Virus record (IMG/VR): IMGVR_UViG_3300025767_000014
From: an uncultured virus (IMG/VR IMGVR_UViG_3300025767_000014)
Lineage: Duplodnaviria; Heunggongvirae; Uroviricota; Caudoviricetes
Strand: one strand, 5' to 3'
DNA length: 64,000 nt
The stretch's first letter is position 1. Each line of letters starts with the position of its first letter. Under the pieces are notes generated by a model. It did not search any database, was not told where the DNA came from, and saw only the letters and a program-made list of their open reading frames with translations. Below, piece after piece: positions 1-7,771 of the stretch. Both the position numbers and the translations under genes were made by a program.

Positions 1-1089
1 GGTGACTTTGCCTATGCACCACCGTCTGGCTTTGTTACCTTGTGTTCACAGAATATGCCGACAGGTGCTATCAACACGCTGGCTGATGAAACGCCAGAGG
101 ATTATTTCAATACTGTCCTTTATACTGGCACAGGCTCAACACAAAGTATTACAGGTGTAGGTTTTCAGCCTGATTGGGTGTGGCTAAAGCGTAGAAGTGC
201 TTCAGCAAATCACACTACACTTGATGCTGTTCGTGGTGCTACTAAAACACTTGAAGTGAATGTTGCAAACTTAGAAGAAACTCAAACTCAATCAATAACA
301 TCTTTTGATAGTGATGGTTGGACAATTGGCAGTAGGCTACAAGACAACGGAAGCGGATTTACATATGCATCTTGGAACTGGAAAGCTGGCGGCACAGGCG
401 TAAGCAACACCGATGGCAGTGTTACCAGCACAGTGAGCGTGGGTTCTACTAGCCAGCAGAACTGGTTTAGTTTAGTAGGGTTTACCACGCAGGCTGGCGG
501 TTATACAGTAGGCCACGGACTTGGGCAAAAGCCATCTTTAATTATTACTAAAAACAGGAACGCTGGTGGAGCTTGGTACACATTCACCGACATCATTGAT
601 GGTTCTGTTGACTACTTAGCACTCAACCAAACAACCGCAAAATTGAATGACCCATTTGGTTTAGCCAACCCAACATCATCAGTCTTTAGCTTAGATGACG
701 ATTACATATTTGGCTCTGGCGATTGCATAGCCTACTGTTTCGCAAACGCCGAAGGGCTGTGCAAGGTGGGCAATTACACTGGCAATGGTTCGGCAGATGG
801 TAGCTTTATCTTCACAGGTTTCCGTCCTGCATTTGTTATGTGGAAACGTACTGACACCACAAGCGATTGGTTTATAATGGATGTTAAACGTGACATAGAT
901 AATCCTACTGACCATAAGTTAGAGGCTAATACAAGTGGTGCAGAGGTAGTTAATACAGCTTACTATACAGACTACTTGTCTAATGGGTTTAAGCTACGAA
1001 ATACCAATGGACAACTTAACACATCTGGCGGCAATTACATCTATATAGCCATAGCCGAACAACCATTCAAATACGCAAACGCGAGGTAA
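1..1089 (+). CDS. Tail fibre/receptor-binding protein, C-terminal part (5' truncated), allele A
   Basis: In frame from base 1 (GDFAYAPPSG...) and homologous to the C-terminal ~360 aa of 53859..56372. Contains repeated YTGTG/GFQPDWVW/AWNWKAGG motifs. Confidence 0.8.
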   Translation, partial: GDFAYAPPSGFVTLCSQNMPTGAINTLADETPEDYFNTVLYTGTGSTQSITGVGFQPDWVWLKRRSASANHTTLDAVRGATKTLEVNVANLEETQTQSITSFDSDGWTIGSRLQDNGSGFTYASWNWKAGGTGVSNTDGSVTSTVSVGSTSQQNWFSLVGFTTQAGGYTVGHGLGQKPSLIITKNRNAGGAWYTFTDIIDGSVDYLALNQTTAKLNDPFGLANPTSSVFSLDDDYIFGSGDCIAYCFANAEGLCKVGNYTGNGSADGSFIFTGFRPAFVMWKRTDTTSDWFIMDVKRDIDNPTDHKLEANTSGAEVVNTAYYTDYLSNGFKLRNTNGQLNTSGGNYIYIAIAEQPFKYANAR

Positions 1090-1093
1090 TATT

Positions 1094-1645
1094 ATGTGGA
1101 CTTATTTAGGAAAAAGAATAAGAGAAGGACGGAGTTGGAAAGACTCTGACGGTATTACCCACCCAACCTCGTGGGGACGGTGGAGTGATGCTGAGAAAAC
1201 TAATAAGGGGATGGTGTGGGTTGAACCTGCACCCTCCTTTGACAACCGCTTCTGGTGGGATGCAGATACACCAAAGGCTTTGGATGATGTCAACGAGGTG
1301 GACGAAGACGGTAATCCTGTGTTGGACATTGACGGTGAGCAACTTGTCACACTAGGTTTGAAATCACAGTGGAAAGCCACCGTCAAAGCACAGGCTGGTG
1401 GCTTGCTTGAGCCGACAGACTGGATGGTAATCAAAGCTAGTGAGGTTACAGACTATTCCGTACCTACTGATATCTTAACTTATCGTGCGGATGTTCGTAC
1501 TGCTAGTAATACAATTGAAGCTGCTATTGATTCAGCATCTGATCATTCATCGTTTATTGCTTTGTTTGATTCACCAACAGACGATGATGGTATTCCAACT
1601 GGTAATGCACCAATATCTAACTGGCCACAGGAGATTACGCAATGA
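1094..1645 (+). CDS. Putative tail fibre assembly chaperone
   Basis: Directly follows the fibre gene. The LLEPTDWMV...YRADVR pattern is typical of phage tail-assembly chaperones. Confidence 0.55.
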   Translation: MWTYLGKRIREGRSWKDSDGITHPTSWGRWSDAEKTNKGMVWVEPAPSFDNRFWWDADTPKALDDVNEVDEDGNPVLDIDGEQLVTLGLKSQWKATVKAQAGGLLEPTDWMVIKASEVTDYSVPTDILTYRADVRTASNTIEAAIDSASDHSSFIALFDSPTDDDGIPTGNAPISNWPQEITQ

Positions 1646-1857
1646 GCAAGGCAAGAAACTTAGCAGACCTTATTAGTGGTAATTACGATGTACCAGCAAG
1701 TTCGCTTGGCAACGTACAGGCTTTTCCAACCAACTGGACTGCTTCACTTAGTGGCTCAGATATGGTGTTCTCTTATAGCGGAACAGCTAAAGTAAAGATT
1801 GCTACTGATGGTTCTGTTACAGCCACTGATGACGTTACAGCATTTGGGAGTGTATAA
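1642..1857 (+). CDS. Small virion/tail protein (MSKARNLA start)
   Basis: ATGA overlap with the upstream gene; lies in the tail module. Confidence 0.6.
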   Translation: MSKARNLADLISGNYDVPASSLGNVQAFPTNWTASLSGSDMVFSYSGTAKVKIATDGSVTATDDVTAFGSV

Positions 1858-1859
1858 TT

Positions 1860-3050
1860 ATGCCAGCTATCCCTAACTCTGGAGCTATATCACTAGCTGA
1901 TTTTGCCACTGAGTTTGGTGGCACAGCACCACATAGTATGTCTGAATACTACAGAGATGGTGGTAATGTTCCATCAAACAACTCTAACGTACCTACTGCT
2001 GGAGCATTTCGCTTTGGTCATATGCGTGGCGCTATCAATGCAATCATCAATACACTAGCAAACACAACTAACGTAAACCTTGCTACCGTGTTTGGTGACA
2101 ACTGGGCAAGCTCAGTACCCAAAGAAATCATCATACCATCAGGCGTAACTATTGGCGGCACAGGCTCATCTGATGCGCTTACAGCACCTAGTGGCATGGG
2201 TGGTACACTGACAATCACGAACGCTGGTAGTGTTATCGGCTTTGGTGGAACATCAGGCGGTAACGGTGGCAACGCTATTCGTATTGCTTCTAGTGGAGTT
2301 ACTGTGACTAACTCTGGCCTCATCGCTGGCGGTGGTGGAGCAGGGGGAAATGGTGGTAACGGAGGAACTGGTGGTGCTGGTGGTGCTGGTGGATACACTT
2401 GGCCTGTAGGCAGTTTCTTTACACTTAGTTGTACTAATTATATTTCTGGACCTGCCTCGAACCACAAAGTACGAGGTCCTAATAACGGTTGCTGCTCTAT
2501 GTGTGAATTAACTAGGTGGAATTGGTATAATGTTGGCTCATTGGTTGCAGGAGCATCAGGAGGTGCTGGGGGTGCTGGTGGTGCTGGCGGTAATGGCGGC
2601 AACGGTGCTGGTTACAACCAATCCGCAGCTAGTGGTTCTGCTGGCTTATCTGGTTCATCTGGAAACTCTGGTGCTAGTGGAGGGGGTGTAAGCTCTACTA
2701 TTGGCTCAGCCTCAATAGGTAACGGTGGTGCTGGCGGTAATGGAGGCACTGGAGGCACTGGAGGAAATGGTAGTGCTTATGGCGTTTCAGGTACTGGTGG
2801 CTCTAGCGGAACTTCTGGCTCGAATGGTGGCACTGGTGGTCAGGGTCGATGGGATTGGGATAACGCAAGGTCTACAAAACCGGGGGATGGTCAATACGGC
2901 GGTTTAACTCAGCGTTTTAGTAATGGTAGCTCTGGCTCTGGAGGTTCTTCTGGTGCATCAGGTGGTGCTGGTGGTAACGCAGGGGCGGCAGTTATTTACA
3001 CTGCAGCCTACACAATGAACAACACAGGCACACTTGCAGGAGCAGCATAA
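1860..3050 (+). CDS. Glycine-rich adhesin, T-even gp38-like receptor-recognition protein
   Basis: LTITNAGSVIGFGG...GGNAI...VTNSGLIAGGGGAGG pattern and poly-Gly segments interrupted by variable loops resemble gp38 adhesins. Confidence 0.65.
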   Translation: MPAIPNSGAISLADFATEFGGTAPHSMSEYYRDGGNVPSNNSNVPTAGAFRFGHMRGAINAIINTLANTTNVNLATVFGDNWASSVPKEIIIPSGVTIGGTGSSDALTAPSGMGGTLTITNAGSVIGFGGTSGGNGGNAIRIASSGVTVTNSGLIAGGGGAGGNGGNGGTGGAGGAGGYTWPVGSFFTLSCTNYISGPASNHKVRGPNNGCCSMCELTRWNWYNVGSLVAGASGGAGGAGGAGGNGGNGAGYNQSAASGSAGLSGSSGNSGASGGGVSSTIGSASIGNGGAGGNGGTGGTGGNGSAYGVSGTGGSSGTSGSNGGTGGQGRWDWDNARSTKPGDGQYGGLTQRFSNGSSGSGGSSGASGGAGGNAGAAVIYTAAYTMNNTGTLAGAA

Positions 3051-3190
3051 TGACAAGCGAAGAACGTATGGCTATATGCAAAAGCTGTGAGTGGCTAAGG
3101 CCAGTAATAAATCAGTGCAAGAAATGTGGGTGCTTTATGAACTTAAAGACCAAGATTAAATCAACTAAATGTCCGATGAGGAAATGGTAA
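3050..3190 (+). CDS. 46-aa Cys-rich protein (CxxC..CxxCGC..CP..W, DUF6171-like), absent from ORF track
   Basis: Translated by hand as MTSEERMAICKSCEWLRPVINQCKKCGCFMNLKTKIKSTKCPMRKW, with TAATG coupling at both ends. Confidence 0.8.
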   Translation: MTSEERMAICKSCEWLRPVINQCKKCGCFMNLKTKIKSTKCPMRKW

Positions 3191-3561
3191 TGAGTGATTA
3201 TACAATAGAAAAAATTCACGATGATGGAAACGTAGATGTAAGATTCCCTGATGGCTCTTGGGCTAGAATCAAAACATCAGATGCAATGTCTCAGGAACAG
3301 TTTGATGCCGAAGTTTGGAATTATAAACCTGCACCAACGACTTCAGCACCCAGCTTTTTAAGAGAAAACGGAACTGGAACAGCGTCACCATTACCTGTTG
3401 GTGGCTTTGATGATGAGGAAATAGTAAATCCTCAATGGCTAGATGACCGACTAGATGCTTATGGTTTAGTTAACGCACAGCTTGAGTACATAACAGAGAA
3501 TGGAATAGAGGCATGGCAAGCACACGTAGCGGAAATCAAAGCGATGTATCCGAAGGAATAA
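3190..3561 (+). CDS. Hypothetical protein
   Basis: Start moved to the coupled ATG at 3190 (MSDYTIEK). Confidence 0.7.
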   Translation: MSDYTIEKIHDDGNVDVRFPDGSWARIKTSDAMSQEQFDAEVWNYKPAPTTSAPSFLRENGTGTASPLPVGGFDDEEIVNPQWLDDRLDAYGLVNAQLEYITENGIEAWQAHVAEIKAMYPKE

Positions 3562-4019
3562 CAGACTTCTATAACTGTATGCTTGATGGTTCATACAAAG
3601 GTTTCTTTCCAGACTATGAAGCATACGTTACAAGACAGGTACTAAGAGTAAAGAGGTTTTATAAAGGCGGTAATGTTTTATCAGTAGGATGCGGAACAGG
3701 CGACATAGAGGCCAGGTTACCAATGCCTGTTGTTTGTTATGACATCCACGATGCAGCAAAAGTATTACACCCTGAGTTAGACTTTAGGTACGAATGGCCT
3801 GATGAGAAGTTTGAATTAGTTTTATGTATAGGATCTGTGCTACCTTATGTTCCAACCAATGAGCAAAAAATTTTAGTAGACCGGATGGTTAACACAACAA
3901 CTGCGGATGGTATGGTTTTAATTACAGGACTAAACAACAAAGGTGAAGAGCAAGACATTGTTACTGAGTACATATATCCTGTTGAATACCCAAGCCACCC
4001 TAAAATAAAGGTAATATAA
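3513..4019 (+). CDS. Small class I SAM-dependent methyltransferase
   Basis: Motif I VLSVGCGTGD, an acidic residue after strand 2 (YDI), and FELVLC. Start codon uncertain. Confidence 0.75.
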   Translation: MASTRSGNQSDVSEGITDFYNCMLDGSYKGFFPDYEAYVTRQVLRVKRFYKGGNVLSVGCGTGDIEARLPMPVVCYDIHDAAKVLHPELDFRYEWPDEKFELVLCIGSVLPYVPTNEQKILVDRMVNTTTADGMVLITGLNNKGEEQDIVTEYIYPVEYPSHPKIKVI

Positions 4020-4222
4020 TGAAAACAGAACAGAGGCTAGTACCTGAACTTAAAGTACAAATGGAGCTAGAGGCTCACGAAAAAGAATGTGCAATACGAT
4101 ACCAAATGGTTAATGATAAACTTGAAAGTTTAGACAAACGAATGTGGCGACTAGAGGCAATGATTATGATATCAACGGCATCTATGATTGGCCTAGCCGT
4201 AATGCTTATAACACAGCTATGA
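4019..4222 (+). CDS. Coiled-coil protein with C-terminal TM helix
   Basis: Coupled start; hydrophobic C-terminus. Confidence 0.7.
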   Translation: MKTEQRLVPELKVQMELEAHEKECAIRYQMVNDKLESLDKRMWRLEAMIMISTASMIGLAVMLITQL

Positions 4223-4446
4223 CGCATGTATTCCTGCTCTTAGTGTATCTGGGGACGGGTGAAACAAGAAAACTAACTAGCGCAGATATGTACTTTTATA
4301 ATATAAACGAGTGCCTTTATTTTGCTAGTCAAGTTTCTAAACAATACGGTAACTATAAATATAATGATTACGTCAATGCAAAGGATCGAGTGACAGCCTA
4401 TTGTATTCCAAAATACATTAATATAGAAAATGTGAGGGTATACTAA
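4219..4446 (+). CDS. Hypothetical protein with hydrophobic N-terminus
   Basis: ATGA overlap suggests the start is 4219 (MTHVFLLLVYLG). Confidence 0.6.
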   Translation: MTHVFLLLVYLGTGETRKLTSADMYFYNINECLYFASQVSKQYGNYKYNDYVNAKDRVTAYCIPKYINIENVRVY

Positions 4447-4899
4447 ATGATCGACCCAGTGTCAGCTTTCGCCGCCTTATCTGCAGGGCATTCCGCAATT
4501 AAAAAAGGTATAGAGATGGGGCGTGACCTTTCTACTATGAGTAATGCAGTTGCTCGTTACGCGCAAGGAGAGGCAGAACTCCAATTCGGTGCGGCAAGAA
4601 AAAAGAAATCTAAGTTTTCTTTAGCAGAAGACTCAGCTATTGAAAAGCATTTTCGTAAAGAAAAACTAGAAGATATGCGTAATGAATTACGATCTATCTT
4701 TCAGCTTTATGGTAAGCCCGGACAATGGGAAAGACTTCAAGCTGAGATTGCAAATGAACGTGCTGAAATTAAAAAGCAACTTGAAGAAGAGGCTGCTAAA
4801 AGAGAAAGAATTATAGCCACCATTGTAGTTACTCTATCAATAGTAATTGGTGTTGTTGGTGGATACTACTATATCAGTTGGCTTAAAGGATTATCTTAG
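4447..4899 (+). CDS. Hypothetical membrane-anchored protein
   Basis: 150 aa with a C-terminal TM segment. Confidence 0.7.
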   Translation: MIDPVSAFAALSAGHSAIKKGIEMGRDLSTMSNAVARYAQGEAELQFGAARKKKSKFSLAEDSAIEKHFRKEKLEDMRNELRSIFQLYGKPGQWERLQAEIANERAEIKKQLEEEAAKRERIIATIVVTLSIVIGVVGGYYYISWLKGLS

Positions 4900-4909
4900 G
4901 GAGGACAAA

Positions 4910-5107
4910 ATGTTTGAAACTGTTTTATTAGTTTGTCTTTTATCAAATTCAACTCTTTGTTTTGAAGCGCATGATACGCGAGGGCCTTATATAACTATTC
5001 AAGAATGTATAGTTCGGGCAGAAGAAATGCGTTTAAGAATTAATTCATTAAATGACCATAGCGCAAAAGCATATCAGTGCAGAAAAGCTAAAGGAGGTTC
5101 AATATGA
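4910..5107 (+). CDS. Small secreted Cys-containing protein
   Basis: GGAGG RBS before ATG 4910; signal-like N-terminus. Confidence 0.6.
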   Translation: MFETVLLVCLLSNSTLCFEAHDTRGPYITIQECIVRAEEMRLRINSLNDHSAKAYQCRKAKGGSI

Positions 5108-5499
5108 TTGAAGCATTAATAGGCCCAGTTAGTAGCCTACTTGATAAATTTATAGAAGACAAAGATCAAAAAGCGCAGCTCGCCCATGACCTTGCAACAA
5201 TGGCAGGTCGTCATGCACAAGAGCTTGCAAAGGGACAGCTTGAAATAAATAAAGCTGAAGCTCAACATCGTAGTATATTTGTTGCAGGCTGGCGACCATT
5301 TGTTGGTTGGACTTGTGGGATTGCACTTGCTTGGCATTTTGTACTTGCACCATTTATTATATTCGGTAGTGCATATGCTGGTATGACTTTACCTGAGTTA
5401 CCACAATTTGATATGACTTCATTACTTACAGTCCTTATGGGAATGCTTGGGCTTGGTGGATTACGTACATTTGAAAAGGTGAAAAACGTTACAAAATGA
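5104..5499 (+). CDS. Holin (3TM/GTA-type holin family)
   Basis: FVAGWRPFVGW motif, TM segments, LGLGGLRTFEK C-terminus; adjacent to the lysozyme gene. Confidence 0.8.
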   Translation: MIEALIGPVSSLLDKFIEDKDQKAQLAHDLATMAGRHAQELAKGQLEINKAEAQHRSIFVAGWRPFVGWTCGIALAWHFVLAPFIIFGSAYAGMTLPELPQFDMTSLLTVLMGMLGLGGLRTFEKVKNVTK

Positions 5500-5936
5500 A
5501 TTTAGAAAAATTGCGTGAGGAATTAAAGATAGATGAAGGGGTTAAGTATGAAATCTACTTAGATCATCTTAAACTTCCTACCTTTGGAATCGGACATTTA
5601 ATATTAAAGAGTGATCCAGAATATGACCAGCCAGTTGGTACTCCAGTTTCTGAAGACAGAGTTAATGATTGCTTTGCTAATGATATTGAAATTGTTCTTA
5701 AAGACTGTGTAAGTTTATTCCCAGATTTTAATACCTTACCAGAAGAAGTGCAATTAATTATTGCTAATATGATGTTTAATATGGGCTTACCCCGTTTATC
5801 CGGCTTTAAGAATTTTAAAGCAGCCATAGCGGCCCAAGATTGGTGCATGGCAGCCATTGAGATGGTTGATAGTCGTTGGTATAAACAAGTTACACAACGG
5901 GCTGAGAGGCTTGTAAAAAGAATGCAAAATGTGTAA
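5496..5936 (+). CDS. Endolysin, GH24/T4-type lysozyme
   Basis: DEG-x5-YLD-x4-PTFGIGHL catalytic pattern, NMMFNMG, and SRWYKQV..RA.RL. Confidence 0.9.
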   Translation: MNLEKLREELKIDEGVKYEIYLDHLKLPTFGIGHLILKSDPEYDQPVGTPVSEDRVNDCFANDIEIVLKDCVSLFPDFNTLPEEVQLIIANMMFNMGLPRLSGFKNFKAAIAAQDWCMAAIEMVDSRWYKQVTQRAERLVKRMQNV

Positions 5937-5944
5937 AACCGAAT

Positions 5945-5961
5945 TAAATGTCCCCTATAAG
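5945..5961 (+). promoter_or_regulatory. Putative phage-RNAP (late) promoter TAAATGTCCCCTATAAG
   Basis: Intergenic; same motif at 36461, 41460 and 41445(-). Confidence 0.7.
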
Positions 5962-5996
5962 AGGAAGGCACATCTATCTTATAGAGGAAATAAAAA

Positions 5997-7745
5997 ATGA
6001 AAAATATTGAATACTCTGGACCATTTATGTCACTCTCACAAGAGATTGATAAGATGAAATACAGACAAGAGAATGAAAGTTTTGATGATAAGATTAAAAG
6101 AATAGCAAAAGCACTTAGTGATGATCCAGAGCATCAATATAACCTAGAAGATATTTTAGGTAATATGAGGTTCCTACCAGCAGGCAGAGTACAATCTGCT
6201 ATGGGATCTAATAGAATTACAACTGCATATAACTGTTTTGTATCTGGTACAATTGAAGATAGTATGCATAGCATTATGGAGAAGGCTAGTGAAGCTGCTG
6301 AAACAATGCGTAGAGGTGGTGGGATTGGTTATGACTTTTCCAAGATCCGTCCCCGCGGCGACCGGATTAAATCTCTTGACTCGCAGTCGTCGGGACCGGT
6401 TTCTTTTATGGGTATCTTCGATTCTGTTTGCCAAACTATTGCATCATCCGGCCATCGCCGTGGCGCTCAGATGGGAGTACTACGCGTGGACCATCCAGAC
6501 ATTGAGGAGTTCATTGCTGCTAAACGTAATTCTGATAAGCTTACTGGTTTTAATGTTAGTGTAGGTATTACTGATAAATTTATGGAGGCTCTTCAGAATG
6601 ATGGGGATGATTCTTTTGAACTGTGCTTTGATGGACTCACCGTTAAAACCGTATCGGCCACTAAGCTTTGGGATGAAATCATGCTTAGCACTTGGGATTG
6701 GGCTGAGCCTGGCGTATTGTTTATTGATCGAATAACTGAAATGAACAATCTCTTTTATTGTGAAGAGATCGCTGCTACCAACCCGTGTGGTGAGCAACCC
6801 CTACCTGCTTATGGTGCATGTTTGCTTGGATCATTTAACTTAACTAAGTATGTTGAAGATAACGAATTTAATTTTACGCAATTTAAAAAGGACATTCCGC
6901 ATATAGTGCAGGGGATGGACAATGTTATTGACAGAACAATCTATCCACTTAAACAACAATCAGACGAAGCAAAGAACAAGCGCCGTATGGGACTTGGCGT
7001 CACTGGTCTGGCTAATGCCGGAGAAATGCTCGGAATGCCTTATGCCTCACCAGAATTTCTTGTGTGGGCAGAAAAAGTATTCGCATGCTTGCGTGACAAT
7101 TGCTATAGAGCATCAGCGCGACTAGCAGCAGAGAAAGGTGCGTTCCCACTTTATCGTGAAGCCTACCTACAATCTAACTTTATTCGCAGCCTACCTGCCT
7201 CTGTTAAAAAGGAGATACGGGAACATGGTATTAGAAACAGTCACCTTACTTCTATTGCACCGACTGGTACAATATCTCTTGTAGCTGATAATGTTTCAGG
7301 CGGAATTGAACCCGTCTTTTCGCATTACTATGAACGAACCATTCAAACATTTGATGGACCTAAAGTAGAGCGCGTGGAGGATTATGCATATGCCCACGGA
7401 ATAGAAAGCAAAACAGCAAACGACATTTCTGTACAGGATCATTTAGCTGTTTTATTGTTAGCTCAGCATTACGTTGATTCTGCATGTTCAAAAACTTGTA
7501 ATGTGGGAGATGATGTCTCTTATGAAGACTTCAAGAAAGTGTATGTTGATGCCTGGAAGGGCGGGGCGAAGGGATGCACTACGTTCCGGTTGTCTGGAAA
7601 AAGATTTGGAATCCTTAACACCATTGAAGAAACCGTGGAAAAAGAAACGAAGATATCTAGCGAGACTCAGGAAATGGTTGAAGAAGAGGGAACGGTCGAA
7701 GCTTGCTTTATCGACCCGCTCACTGGCCAAAAAGAGTGCTCGTAA
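5997..7745 (+). CDS. nrdJ: Ribonucleotide reductase, class II (adenosylcobalamin-dependent)
   Basis: NCFV, TNPCGEQPL, ACLLGS and IAPTGT motifs with C-terminal cysteines; no beta-subunit gene in the genome. Confidence 0.88.
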   Translation: MKNIEYSGPFMSLSQEIDKMKYRQENESFDDKIKRIAKALSDDPEHQYNLEDILGNMRFLPAGRVQSAMGSNRITTAYNCFVSGTIEDSMHSIMEKASEAAETMRRGGGIGYDFSKIRPRGDRIKSLDSQSSGPVSFMGIFDSVCQTIASSGHRRGAQMGVLRVDHPDIEEFIAAKRNSDKLTGFNVSVGITDKFMEALQNDGDDSFELCFDGLTVKTVSATKLWDEIMLSTWDWAEPGVLFIDRITEMNNLFYCEEIAATNPCGEQPLPAYGACLLGSFNLTKYVEDNEFNFTQFKKDIPHIVQGMDNVIDRTIYPLKQQSDEAKNKRRMGLGVTGLANAGEMLGMPYASPEFLVWAEKVFACLRDNCYRASARLAAEKGAFPLYREAYLQSNFIRSLPASVKKEIREHGIRNSHLTSIAPTGTISLVADNVSGGIEPVFSHYYERTIQTFDGPKVERVEDYAYAHGIESKTANDISVQDHLAVLLLAQHYVDSACSKTCNVGDDVSYEDFKKVYVDAWKGGAKGCTTFRLSGKRFGILNTIEETVEKETKISSETQEMVEEEGTVEACFIDPLTGQKECS

Positions 7746-7771
7746 TAATTATATAATAATGGAGGAGTAAC

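Noticed and set aside
108..1046. Diversity-generating retroelement or invertase shufflon as the cause of the two fibre alleles
   Set aside because: No reverse transcriptase or recombinase gene seen. Differences include indels and all base types rather than adenine-only changes, and the copies are direct and one genome apart.
3166..3176. TAAATGTCC as a late promoter, and the ORF start at 3169
   Set aside because: Lies inside the 46-aa Cys-rich gene and lacks the CCTWWAAG half; the coupled ATG at 3190 is the better start.
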